Assembly: GCA_039798785.1 (NCBI GenBank)
Contig: JBDKFG010000064.1
Location: forward strand, 1 to 29,526
DNA length: 29,526 nucleotides
From: Verrucomicrobiota bacterium
Lineage (GTDB): Bacteria; Verrucomicrobiota; Lentisphaeria; Lentisphaerales; Lentisphaeraceae
Direction: 5' to 3'
Shown here one piece after another: positions 1 to 8,403 of this stretch; position 1 is the stretch's first letter; each line of letters opens with the position of its first letter. The position numbers were made by a program, and so were the translations under genes. Under the pieces are notes generated by a model. The model was not told the origin of the DNA. It was given only the letters and a program-made list of their open reading frames with translations, and did no database searches.

Positions 1-210
1 ACCCAGGACTGCCGTCCCGGACCCTGCTTGGGGTCACGACCCCAAACCCCAAATGACTTGGCGTCGCTGCGCTCCTGCTGAGGGAACCCGTAGCGCCGGA
101 TTCCCCCAGACCCCTTCCCGACTCTCCGCCCTAAATTAGTGGCCAAATTTCTTGATTGCAGAATGTTATGATTATGAGACACGGCATGTATCATGTGAAG
201 CGGGAAACAT

Positions 211-400
211 CTAAAACCGCAGTAGAGCAGCGGAACCGGATTGAAAGGTTGAAACGCAAACAATTGAACAAGAATAACAAGCAATGAATTTATGCTACCA
301 GAAAGACTTGAGGGTCCTGAACTTTTCCAAGAGCCCTTCGGATATCATAACCTATTGCTGTTGTAGCTAAACCCTCCAACCTTTCAACTGCGGTTTTTAG
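211..400. repeat. Imperfect inverted-repeat-bounded AT-rich element (MITE/REP-like)
   Basis: Left arm CTAAAACCGCAGT(211-223)...TTGAAAGGTTG(241-251). Right arm CAACCTTTCAACTGCGGTTTTTAG(377-400), whose reverse complement is CTAAAAACCGCAGTTGAAAGGTTG. The interior is AT-rich relative to the window. Confidence 0.55.
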
Positions 401-418
401 GTTGAAGCTGCCAGCCGT

Positions 419-1090
419 TCAACCTGTGGTATTTGGGTTGACCGGCAGTTGCCAGGCTTTCCTCGCGGTGAGTTGGCGATCAAGCGAAGTCCGAAGCTCT
501 TCCGGAGATTCCACTCCGGCGTCTTCGAGAGGGATGAGAAAGTCGTCGTGGCCTCGGGCGGCGCGGTGCGAGGGCAGGCGCGAGGGCATCGGCAGGTAGC
601 GGCGAATCCGATCCAGGGAGCTTCTCTTGACCAGGATGACGCATAGGTAGAGGGCGTAGTCGCGCGGCATGTAGAGCGAGCAGCCGAGGAACTTCCGGCC
701 GTGCAGGGTCAGATCGTGATTCTCCTCGATCTTGACCTCGAGATCCCAATGGCGGTTGAGCACTTCCTGGATGACTCGCGAGCTGTGCGCCAGGTGATGG
801 GTGAGGTTGAGGTCGTCGCGTCGCGGCTGGCGCATGGCGATACAAACGCAGCCTTCGTCGAGGACGACGCAGCCGCCGCCGCCGCGACGTCGGAAAACCG
901 GGATGCCATCGCCCCGGCTGCGATCAAGGTGAATCTCTCTTTCCGGCTTCTGCGAAATACCCAGGACGATCACCGGCTTCTTCGGCACCCAGACCCGCAA
1001 GGGCGGGGTGTTCAAATCCAGCAGCGATTCGCCCAAGGGCTCTTCCGGCAGGAAGTCGGAGTTGTCGGAGGTGAGGGGACGGAATTCCAC
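419..1090 (-). CDS. Lipoate-protein ligase family protein (BPL/LPL catalytic domain only)
   Basis: Motifs VIVLGISQ, RRRGGGGCVVLD and HDLTLHGRKFLGCS match the LplA-family RRxxGGGxV and ND...KxxG motifs. GTG start; 223 aa. Confidence 0.8.
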   Translation of the reverse strand: MEFRPLTSDNSDFLPEEPLGESLLDLNTPPLRVWVPKKPVIVLGISQKPEREIHLDRSRGDGIPVFRRRGGGGCVVLDEGCVCIAMRQPRRDDLNLTHHLAHSSRVIQEVLNRHWDLEVKIEENHDLTLHGRKFLGCSLYMPRDYALYLCVILVKRSSLDRIRRYLPMPSRLPSHRAARGHDDFLIPLEDAGVESPEELRTSLDRQLTARKAWQLPVNPNTTG

Positions 1091-1206
1091 TTAGGAGCCT
1101 AGACGTCGTGAAAGATTGCAAGTTTGAGCAGCAATGTGCGACTGGTGAGCAGATCGGCAAGCCCGGCTTGAATGAGGCGGCCTTTCAACCCGGTCGTTCC
1201 GCTCTG

Positions 1207-2985
1207 TCAAGCCTGGCCGCGGAGATCGAATTCGAGGCGCCAGCGGCGCGGGCTGGCCTTGTCGCAGGCCCAGATCTGGAGGGTGCCGACCTCGGTGTGA
1301 TGGACCTCAAGGCTGACCGGGATGACCGCGGCGCGGCCGTCCTTGGCGGCTTCGTGGTCGAGGGTGGCGTGCAGCGGCGGCAATTCGTTGAGGCCTTCGG
1401 CGTCGTCGAAGCGGTCGCCGGGCTGGTCCTGTTGGCGTTCGGGGGAGGCGAAGAAGCGGAATTGCACTTCTTCGCCGGCGAGGACGGCAAGGCCCTTGAC
1501 CGGGATGCGGTGCGAGCCGCCTTCTTCGGCGCCGAAGGGAAGGACGCAGACGCTTTCGAGCGGCGCCGGGAAGCCGGGGATGGCGGGGCGCGACGACTCG
1601 ATGCCGACGTAGTAGGAGCGCGGCGAGCCGGCCTTGATCCGGACCCCTTTGCCCTTGCGGGTGCAGGCGAACCAGGCAGCGCCGCGGGCGACGGCGAGAT
1701 CGGGGTCGGCGCCGGCGAGGATGCGGATCTTGCCGGCTCCCCAGGAGCTGAGGAGCTCGACCAGTCGCTTGCGCAGGGCGGGAGCCTTGGTGACGCCGCC
1801 GTTGAAGAGCAGTGCGGCGGGCAGCTTGAGGGAGCCGTCAGCCTGGATGCAGGAGCGGCGGAGGAAGCTGGCGAGGTGGTGGGAGAGGACCGGATCGGAC
1901 TCGTAGTCGAGACCTTGCGTGCGCAGGCCCGAACGCGGGGTGCGCTCGACTTCCGCGGCGAGGGGACAGAGGGGCAGAAAGCCGTCGAGCAGCAGCTTGC
2001 CGGTCTCTTCGGCACTGAGCTCGGCGCTGAGGCTGCCGCCGACTAACGACGAGCCGCTGCCGGGGATGGTGATCTTGATCGAGGCCGGAGCCTCGTCGCC
2101 AAGCAGCTTCTCCTTGGCCGCGCGGCAGGAGTGGACCAGCGAGGCCATCTGGCGGGTGTTGAGGCGCTTGCCGAGCTTGCCCTGGACCGCGGCGGCGAGG
2201 GCCATGTCCATGTTGTCGCCGCCAAGGAGGATGTGGTCGCCGACGGCGACCCGGCGGAGGCCGAGATTGCCGTCCTGGTCCTCGGTGCTGATCAGGGTGA
2301 AGTCGCTGGTGCCGCCGCCGATGTCGACGACGAGGACGGAGTCGCCGGCGCCGACGGTCTTGCGCCAGTTGTCGCCCTGGTCGGCGAGCCATGCGTAGAA
2401 GGCGGCCTGGGGTTCTTCGAGGAGGATGGGATTGAGGCCGGCCTCGGTGGCGGCTCGGAGGGTGAGTTCGCGGGCGACGGGATCGAAGGAGGCAGGGATG
2501 GTGAGGATCAGCTCCTGCTTGGAGAGGGCGAGCTCGGCGTCGCCTTTGGCGACCTGGTCGTCCCATGCGGCGGCGAGGTGGGCGAGCACTTCGGTCGCAG
2601 CTTTGACCGGGGAGATCCGGCGTTCCGCATCCTCATCGGCGGGGAGGATGTCGGCGAGGCGCTCGGCGCTGCTGCTGCACAGCCAGGATTTCGACGAGGC
2701 GACGACGTGCGCCGGCTGCAGCGGCCCCTGGTTGAGGGCGTGCTGGCCGACGCAGTAGTCGCGCTTCTTCGCCCAGGGCAGGTCGAGGGCCTTGGGAGCA
2801 ACGCTGCCGGGGGAGGGAAGGTAGACGAAGCTCGGCAGGGAGGGCAGGGACTGCACTTCGCCGGAGGCGCTGACCTGCGGGATGGAGAGGACGATCGGGG
2901 CGAGGCCGCCTTCGGCTTCGGTGTAGGCAAGGCAGGAGTTGGTGGTGCCGAGGTCGATGCCGACGACATAGCGGGAAGAGCTCAT
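1207..2985 (-). CDS. Hsp70/DnaK-like protein (non-canonical, C-terminal WRLEFDLR type)
   Basis: VGIDLGTTNS, TIPASFD, EEPQAAFY, VVDIGGGTSDF, LLGGDNMD and LFNGG motifs. Start trimmed to ATG at 2985 (MSSSRYVVGIDLG). Confidence 0.9.
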   Translation of the reverse strand: MSSSRYVVGIDLGTTNSCLAYTEAEGGLAPIVLSIPQVSASGEVQSLPSLPSFVYLPSPGSVAPKALDLPWAKKRDYCVGQHALNQGPLQPAHVVASSKSWLCSSSAERLADILPADEDAERRISPVKAATEVLAHLAAAWDDQVAKGDAELALSKQELILTIPASFDPVARELTLRAATEAGLNPILLEEPQAAFYAWLADQGDNWRKTVGAGDSVLVVDIGGGTSDFTLISTEDQDGNLGLRRVAVGDHILLGGDNMDMALAAAVQGKLGKRLNTRQMASLVHSCRAAKEKLLGDEAPASIKITIPGSGSSLVGGSLSAELSAEETGKLLLDGFLPLCPLAAEVERTPRSGLRTQGLDYESDPVLSHHLASFLRRSCIQADGSLKLPAALLFNGGVTKAPALRKRLVELLSSWGAGKIRILAGADPDLAVARGAAWFACTRKGKGVRIKAGSPRSYYVGIESSRPAIPGFPAPLESVCVLPFGAEEGGSHRIPVKGLAVLAGEEVQFRFFASPERQQDQPGDRFDDAEGLNELPPLHATLDHEAAKDGRAAVIPVSLEVHHTEVGTLQIWACDKASPRRWRLEFDLRGQA

Positions 2986-3082
2986 GAAATTCTCCGGGGA
3001 AATTTGCAGACCCCGCAATCTCGCTTCAGCTGCGGAACTGGCAAGTGCCGCCTTCGAGGCTTTCGAGGCTTGCGCGATTGAC

Positions 3083-4138
3083 TCAGCGCTTGGGCTCTTG
3101 GCGCAGGCTGACGAAGCGCAGGGGTTCGCCCGGCCGGACGTTCAGGGCCTCGCAGGCCCAGAGCGGCAGCCGCAGGCCGTCCTCGTCTTCGACCAGGCTG
3201 GTCACGATGGCCCGGAACAGGACCGGTTCGGAGCCGCAGGCGACGATGTTCAAGGGCGCCTGCGCCGCCTCCAGGCTCTGCTCTTCGACAGGGGTCAGAA
3301 GGCTGAGGAGCTTCTTCACCCGGCTGTCGCGGATGCAGCGGATCTCGTCGGTCTTCGCCTTGACGATCGGCCCGGCCTCGAAGATGTCGACCTCGGGGAT
3401 GAGCTTGAAGCCTTCCGACTCGAGGAGGCGCATCGCCGGTCGGGAGTCGTCGTGCACCATGCCGATCACCACCTGCGCCCCGCGCGGCAGCAGCGGCACG
3501 TAGAGCGGGTGCTTGGGGAAGAGCTCGTCGATGAAGAGTTTGTTGACGCAGGTGAGGGCGTCGGCCTTGGCGAATTCGCAGCCGAAGAAGTGGGCGCCGA
3601 CACTGTCCCAGAAGGGGCTGCGGCCGTTGATGTCGATGCGGCCGCGGAGTTCCGCCAGCACTTCGTCCTCGAAGCAGTTGCGGAATTGCGCGATGAAGAC
3701 GAAGCGGATCAGCGACAGGAGGCGTCCGCACCAGCCGCCGCGCAGTTCCGGATCAAGGAAGAGGGTGCCGATCTCGGAGGGGCCGTCGTGCTCTCGTTTC
3801 ACCTGCAGATATTGGATCTGGTTTTCGACCCCGAGCTGCTTCGACTGCAGCTTCTGGGTCTTCAGCTCGTAGGTCCAGAAGGGCTGGAAGCCGCCGACCT
3901 TGGTGTAGCAGGCCGAGGTGCCGCGGGCCTCGCCGCTTCGCAGATCCTCGAGGACGAAGAGGAAGCTTTCGCCCGAGGGACGCTTCGGCGGGTAGGCGAA
4001 AGTCTTCTGCGCCTGATGCAGCTTCTCCTCGAGCAGTTCGCGGTCTGCCGGCAGGGTGGTCAGCCCCGCCCCGGCCTTGCAGGCCAGCTTGTACAAGGCG
4101 TCGAGATCGCTGCTGCGGGAAGGACGTATGACGAACAT
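3083..4138 (-). CDS. astA: Arginine N-succinyltransferase
   Basis: MFVIRP...GAGLTTLPAD, SEIGTLFLDP, GRLLSLIRF, VLAELRG, SPFWDSVGAHFF, ELFPKHPLYV and VDIFEAGP are AstA hallmarks. Start trimmed to ATG at 4138. Confidence 0.9.
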   Translation of the reverse strand: MFVIRPSRSSDLDALYKLACKAGAGLTTLPADRELLEEKLHQAQKTFAYPPKRPSGESFLFVLEDLRSGEARGTSACYTKVGGFQPFWTYELKTQKLQSKQLGVENQIQYLQVKREHDGPSEIGTLFLDPELRGGWCGRLLSLIRFVFIAQFRNCFEDEVLAELRGRIDINGRSPFWDSVGAHFFGCEFAKADALTCVNKLFIDELFPKHPLYVPLLPRGAQVVIGMVHDDSRPAMRLLESEGFKLIPEVDIFEAGPIVKAKTDEIRCIRDSRVKKLLSLLTPVEEQSLEAAQAPLNIVACGSEPVLFRAIVTSLVEDEDGLRLPLWACEALNVRPGEPLRFVSLRQEPKR

Positions 4139-4291
4139 GGGGCACCTTCTGGGCTCGGTGGTCGGGTCTGTCATAAAATTCGCCGGCATCGAGCTTTTTC
4201 GCAAGGCCGGCCGAGGCGATTTCCGGAATTCGCCTTGTGCCTTCGCCTCGAGGCGGCATTGTGCCGGGTAGCGAGAAACCCGAGGTGCAGC

Positions 4292-5476
4292 ATGAAACCC
4301 CTTCCTCCGCTCCTTCTCGCCGCCCTGGCCTCCTGCGTCCAGGCCGGCGGCCCCGCCGGTTACGACAAGCAAGTGCTCGATCCCGAATTCCGCGCCGAGG
4401 GCGCCTCCTTCGCCGACTTCAACCGCGACGGCAAGCCAGACGTCGTCGCCGGCCCCTGGTGGTACGAAGGCCCCGCCTTCACCAGCCGCCAGGAAGTGCG
4501 CAAGCCGCAAAGCTTCAAGCCCGAGAACTACTCCGACAACTTCCTCACCCACACCGGCGATTTCAACGCCGACGGCTGGCCCGACATCCTCTACATCCCC
4601 TTCCCCGGCAAGGCCTCCTACTGGTACGAAAACCCCGGCAGGAACGGCGGCGAATGGAAGCCTCACCTCGCCTTCCCGGTGACCGACAACGAGTCGCCGC
4701 AGATGGTCGACATGGACGCCGACGGCCGCCTAGATCTCCTTTTCAATACCGGTGGCCAGATGGGCTACGCCACCTACGATCCAGCCAGGCCCGACCAGGT
4801 CTGGCAGTTCAAGGCCGTCTCGCCGAAGAAGCACTACCACAAATGGACCCACGGCATCGGCGCCGGCGACGTCAACGGCGACGGCCGCATCGACCTGGTC
4901 GAGGCCACCGGCTGGTGGGAACAGCCGGCCAAGCCCGCCGCCGACGGCTTCTGGACCTTCCACCCCTTCACCTTCGCGGAAGCGGGGGCTCAGATGTACG
5001 TCTATGACGTCGATGGTGACGGCAAGGGGGACCTGATCACTTCCTGGCACTGCCACCTCTACGGCCTCCTGTGGTGGAAGCAGGTCCGCGACGCCCAGGG
5101 CGTGATCGGCTGGCAGCGCCAGGTCATCCTCGATCCCAAGCCCGACCTCAAATCTCCCGACCTGCGCATCAGCCAGATGCACGCGATGGCGCTGGTCGAC
5201 ATCAACGGCGACGGCCTCAAGGACCTGGTCACCGGCAAGCGCTGGTGGGCGCACGGGCCGAAGGGCGACGTCGAGACCAACAACCCTGCCGTGGTGTATT
5301 GGTTCGAGCTGCAGCGGACCAATGACGGCGCCCGCTTCATCCCGCATCTTGTTGATTCGGATTCCGGCGTCGGCACCCAGGTCGAGGCGGCCGACCTGAA
5401 TGGCGATGGCATTCCCGACATCCTAGTCTCCAACAAAAAAGGGAGCGCCTTGCACTTGAGCCGGCCACGGAATTGA
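4292..5476 (+). CDS. Exported FG-GAP/VCBS repeat protein (possible lipoprotein)
   Basis: Signal peptide MKPLPPLLLAALASC (lipobox-like LASC). Seven DxN/DxDGxxD repeats: DFNRDGKPD, DFNADGWPD, DMDADGRLD, DVNGDGRID, DVDGDGKGD, DINGDGLKD, DLNGDGIPD. Confidence 0.85.
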   Translation: MKPLPPLLLAALASCVQAGGPAGYDKQVLDPEFRAEGASFADFNRDGKPDVVAGPWWYEGPAFTSRQEVRKPQSFKPENYSDNFLTHTGDFNADGWPDILYIPFPGKASYWYENPGRNGGEWKPHLAFPVTDNESPQMVDMDADGRLDLLFNTGGQMGYATYDPARPDQVWQFKAVSPKKHYHKWTHGIGAGDVNGDGRIDLVEATGWWEQPAKPAADGFWTFHPFTFAEAGAQMYVYDVDGDGKGDLITSWHCHLYGLLWWKQVRDAQGVIGWQRQVILDPKPDLKSPDLRISQMHAMALVDINGDGLKDLVTGKRWWAHGPKGDVETNNPAVVYWFELQRTNDGARFIPHLVDSDSGVGTQVEAADLNGDGIPDILVSNKKGSALHLSRPRN

Positions 5477-5647
5477 GCCTGCGGCCGGTCTGGGAAGCCT
5501 CCGCCGTCCTGCCTTCCGTCGCCCTTCGACCACCGGGGCAAACTGTCAGGATCGGCGTCTCAATACGACGCGCAAGCTTGCCAATCGGCGCTTCCGCCCC
5601 ATAGTGGGCGTCTGTCATAATTTCCAGATCCCTTGGAAGCCATCAAA

Positions 5648-6643
5648 ATGAGCCCAGACACCGCCCCCTTGCTTGAAGTGAAGAATCTCGTCGTCGATTT
5701 CGCCATCGAAAAGGGCAGCGTCCGCGCCCTTTCGGGCATCTCCTTCTCGGTCCGCAAGGGCGAGACCATCGGCCTGGTCGGCGAGTCCGGCTGCGGCAAA
5801 TCCGTGAGCTCGATGTCGATCATGCGCCTCCTCCCCCAGCCGCACGGCAAGATCGCCGAGGGCGAGATCCTCTTCAACGGCGAAGACATCGTCAAGATGA
5901 AGCCGAAGCGCCTGCACGAACTGCGCGGCGACCGCATCGGCATGATCTTCCAGGAGCCGATGACCGCCCTCAACCCGGTCCTCCGCGTCGGCCAGCAGAT
6001 CGAGGAATCCTTCCTCCTGCACTTCCCCGAAATGAACGCCGCGCAACGCCGCGCCCGCTCCCTCGAGCTGATGCAGAAGGTCGGCATCCCCGAGCCGGAG
6101 AAACGCCTCGACGTCTACCCGCACCAGCTCTCCGGCGGCATGCGCCAACGCGTCATGATCGCCATGGCCCTCGCCTGTGAACCGGATCTGCTCATCGCCG
6201 ATGAGCCGACCACCGCCCTCGACGTCACCATCCAGGCCCAGATCCTCGAGCTGATCAAGAAGCTCCAGAAGGAGAACGGCATGGCGGTGATCTTCATCAC
6301 CCACGACCTCGGCGTCGTCGCCAACTTCTGCGACCGCGTCGCCGTGATGTACGCCGGCCGCATCGTCGAAGAAGCGCCGGTGCGCGACCTCTTCAAGTCG
6401 CCCGCCCACCCCTACACCCGCGGCCTGATGAGCTCCATCCCCCTCCTCAGCCACCCCCAGAAGACACGCCTCGATATCATCAAGGGTCAGGTGCCGGCGC
6501 TTGCCGACATGCCCAAAGGCTGCCGCTTCGCCAACCGCTGCCCGCACGCCACCAGCCAGTGCGAATCAAGCCCGCCCCCCGAAGAGCAGGTCTCCCCCCA
6601 TCACCGCGTCGCCTGCTTCGAATGGAGAAAACTCCGTGACTGA
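5648..6643 (+). CDS. oppD: Oligopeptide/dipeptide ABC transporter ATP-binding subunit (OppD/DppD-like)
   Basis: Walker [44 protein letters not shown], and C-terminal CRFANRC...HRVAC. Confidence 0.9.
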   Translation: MSPDTAPLLEVKNLVVDFAIEKGSVRALSGISFSVRKGETIGLVGESGCGKSVSSMSIMRLLPQPHGKIAEGEILFNGEDIVKMKPKRLHELRGDRIGMIFQEPMTALNPVLRVGQQIEESFLLHFPEMNAAQRRARSLELMQKVGIPEPEKRLDVYPHQLSGGMRQRVMIAMALACEPDLLIADEPTTALDVTIQAQILELIKKLQKENGMAVIFITHDLGVVANFCDRVAVMYAGRIVEEAPVRDLFKSPAHPYTRGLMSSIPLLSHPQKTRLDIIKGQVPALADMPKGCRFANRCPHATSQCESSPPPEEQVSPHHRVACFEWRKLRD

Positions 6644-7631
6644 TCCCAACGACATCATCCTCGAGATCCGCGATCTCAAAATGCATTTCCCGGTGAAGAA
6701 GGGCATCATCTCCCGCACCGTCGGCCATGTCCGCGCCGTCGATGGAGTCAGTCTCAAGATCCGCCGCGGCGAAACCGTCGGCCTGGTCGGTGAATCGGGC
6801 TGCGGCAAGTCGACCCTCGGCCGCTGCGTCATCCGCCTCTACGACCCGACCGAAGGCCGCATCTTCTTCAACGGCCGCGACATCAGCCAGGCCGGCCCGG
6901 CCGAGATGCGCGCCCTCCGCAAAGACATGCAGATCATCTTCCAGGACCCCAACGAGTCGCTCAACTCGCGCCACAGTGTCGAGGAGATCCTCGAGGAGCC
7001 CTTCGTCATCCACGACGTCGGCAGCCCGGAAGAACGCCGCATCTGGATCCGCCAGCTGCTCAGCCGCGTCGGCCTGCCGGAATCGGCGGCGGAACGCTAC
7101 CCGCACGAATTCTCCGGCGGCCAGCGCCAACGCATCGGCATCGCCCGCGCCATCGCCCTGAAGCCGAAGCTGATCGTCTGCGACGAAGCGGTCTCCGCCC
7201 TCGACGTGTCGATCCAGTCGCAGGTGCTCAACCTTTTGATGGACCTGCAGGACGAAATGAAGCTGACCTACATCTTCATCGCCCACGGCCTGCCGGTGGT
7301 CAAGCTGATCTCTGACCGCATCGCCGTCATGTACCTCGGCAAGGTGGTCGAGTTCACCACTTCGCAGCGCATCTACGACGCCCCCGCCCACCCTTACACG
7401 CAGGCCCTGATCTCCGCCATCCCTGAGGCCGATCCCGATCGCCGAACCGAAAGGATCATCCTCCAGGGCGACGTCCCCTCGCCGATCAACCCGCCCTCCG
7501 GTTGCGCCTTCCACCCGCGCTGCCGCTTCGCCACCGAGCGATGCAAGAAGGAAGCCCCGCCGTTCCGCCAGCTCGGCAATGACGAGCACTGGGTCGCCTG
7601 CCACCACGCCGGGGAACTAGGCGCCAAATGA
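6636..7631 (+). CDS. oppF: Oligopeptide/dipeptide ABC transporter ATP-binding subunit (OppF/DppF-like)
   Basis: GTG start overlapping the upstream stop. [45 protein letters not shown] and GDVPSPINPPSGCAFHPRC. Confidence 0.9.
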   Translation: MTDPNDIILEIRDLKMHFPVKKGIISRTVGHVRAVDGVSLKIRRGETVGLVGESGCGKSTLGRCVIRLYDPTEGRIFFNGRDISQAGPAEMRALRKDMQIIFQDPNESLNSRHSVEEILEEPFVIHDVGSPEERRIWIRQLLSRVGLPESAAERYPHEFSGGQRQRIGIARAIALKPKLIVCDEAVSALDVSIQSQVLNLLMDLQDEMKLTYIFIAHGLPVVKLISDRIAVMYLGKVVEFTTSQRIYDAPAHPYTQALISAIPEADPDRRTERIILQGDVPSPINPPSGCAFHPRCRFATERCKKEAPPFRQLGNDEHWVACHHAGELGAK

Positions 7632-7649
7632 GCTTCGGAAAAGCTTATT

Positions 7650-7790
7650 GTGTTGGACGAAAACAAATACGAAGCCGGAAAGAAGATCACCCAAGAGGAG
7701 CTGGCGGCTAAAGTCAAGCTAGAACCGCATAGCTTCCGGGCGCAGTGGAATTACGCCATCCTGCCAAACAGGTTTTTTAACGAGCCCTAA
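7650..7790 (+). pseudogene. ISAzo13-family transposase C-terminal remnant
   Basis: Manual translation VLDENKYEAGKKITQEELAAKVKLEPHSFRAQWNYAILPNRFFNEP* resembles the recalled ISAzo13 C-terminal pattern LD..xY..G.K.....l...l....F...WNY.I.P. Not in the ORF track. Confidence 0.65.
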
Positions 7791-7932
7791 GGCCGAAGCC
7801 GACAAGCGACGCATCGCCATGAGCTCTGCTGAAATGTTGCGATCTGCGCAAGTGCCGGAAAACCGCATCCAGCAGGCCACCGGCATCGATTTCGCTCAGC
7901 TCGACGCCTGGATTAACTCGGGACGGCCTTGA
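7789..7932 (+). pseudogene. Possible Rpn/PD-(D/E)XK-transposase-like C-terminal helical remnant, or 37-aa sORF (7819-7932)
   Basis: Manual translation KAEADKRRIAMSSAEMLRSAQVPENRIQQATGIDFAQLDAWINSGRP* resembles the Rpn C-terminal tail pattern (IA..ML..G.....I...TGL....l). Confidence 0.4.
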
Positions 7933-8103
7933 TCCGACTCCCTAATCTCTTCCCTGCGTTCCTCGCCCTGTTTGCGAGGAAAGCGCATCACTAGGATGGC
8001 CTTGATCCCGTGGGGATTTGCTCCCAAACTATTTTCCGGCCTTGACTTCGATGCAAAGCGCTGCATCTTAATCGGCCCTAATCTGCTTAAACGGAGACAT
8101 CAC

Positions 8104-8331
8104 TTGAACAAAGACTACCTTGCCAAGGCACTGGAAAAGATCAACGACAAGAACATCCTGGTCAACCTTGCCGCCAAGCGCGCCGGCCAGCTCTCGCACA
8201 ACGAGCGCCCACTGGTCGAAATCCCCCGCGACCGGGAAGGCAAGCCCCTGGCCCTGTCTTTCATCGACATCGCTCTCCTCGAGATCGCCGCCGAAAAGGT
8301 CAAGTGGGAATCGGTCCCCCCAGAAGCCTGA
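8104..8331 (+). CDS. rpoZ: RNA polymerase omega subunit
   Basis: TTG start preceded by GGAG. LVNLAAKRAGQL...PLV...IDIALLEIAAEKV is the omega pattern. Confidence 0.8.
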   Translation: MNKDYLAKALEKINDKNILVNLAAKRAGQLSHNERPLVEIPRDREGKPLALSFIDIALLEIAAEKVKWESVPPEA

Positions 8332-8351
8332 ACCCACCCGGCCTCACCTTG

Positions 8352-8385
8352 ACGCCGCCCGGAATCTCGGGCGGCGTTTCCTTTG
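8352..8385 (+). terminator. Putative intrinsic terminator after rpoZ
   Basis: ACGCCGCCCG-gaatct-CGGGCGGCGT followed by TTCCTTTG. Confidence 0.5.
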
Positions 8386-8403
8386 ACACCCACTGGAGCC
8401 TCC

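Noticed and set aside
399..425. Hairpin AGGTTGAA...TTCAACCT at the end of the lipoate-ligase-like gene
   Set aside because: It overlaps the stop codon and has no U-tract on the coding strand, so it is not supportable as a terminator.
2984..4291. N-terminal ~436 aa of the 830-aa + strand ORF, and the N-terminal extension of the 527-aa astA ORF
   Set aside because: These are antisense shadows of astA and of the FG-GAP gene in high-GC DNA. The real starts are 4292 (+) and 4138 (-).
5750..6812. Nucleotide similarity between the oppD and oppF Walker A regions
   Set aside because: Ordinary paralogy of ABC ATPases.
7281..7295. OppF H-loop reads AHGL instead of the usual AHDL
   Set aside because: The catalytic His is retained and the other motifs are intact, so there is no evidence of inactivation.
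8042..8069. TTGACT-N16-CATCTT upstream of rpoZ
   Set aside because: A plausible promoter, but the -10 match is too weak to call without TSS data.
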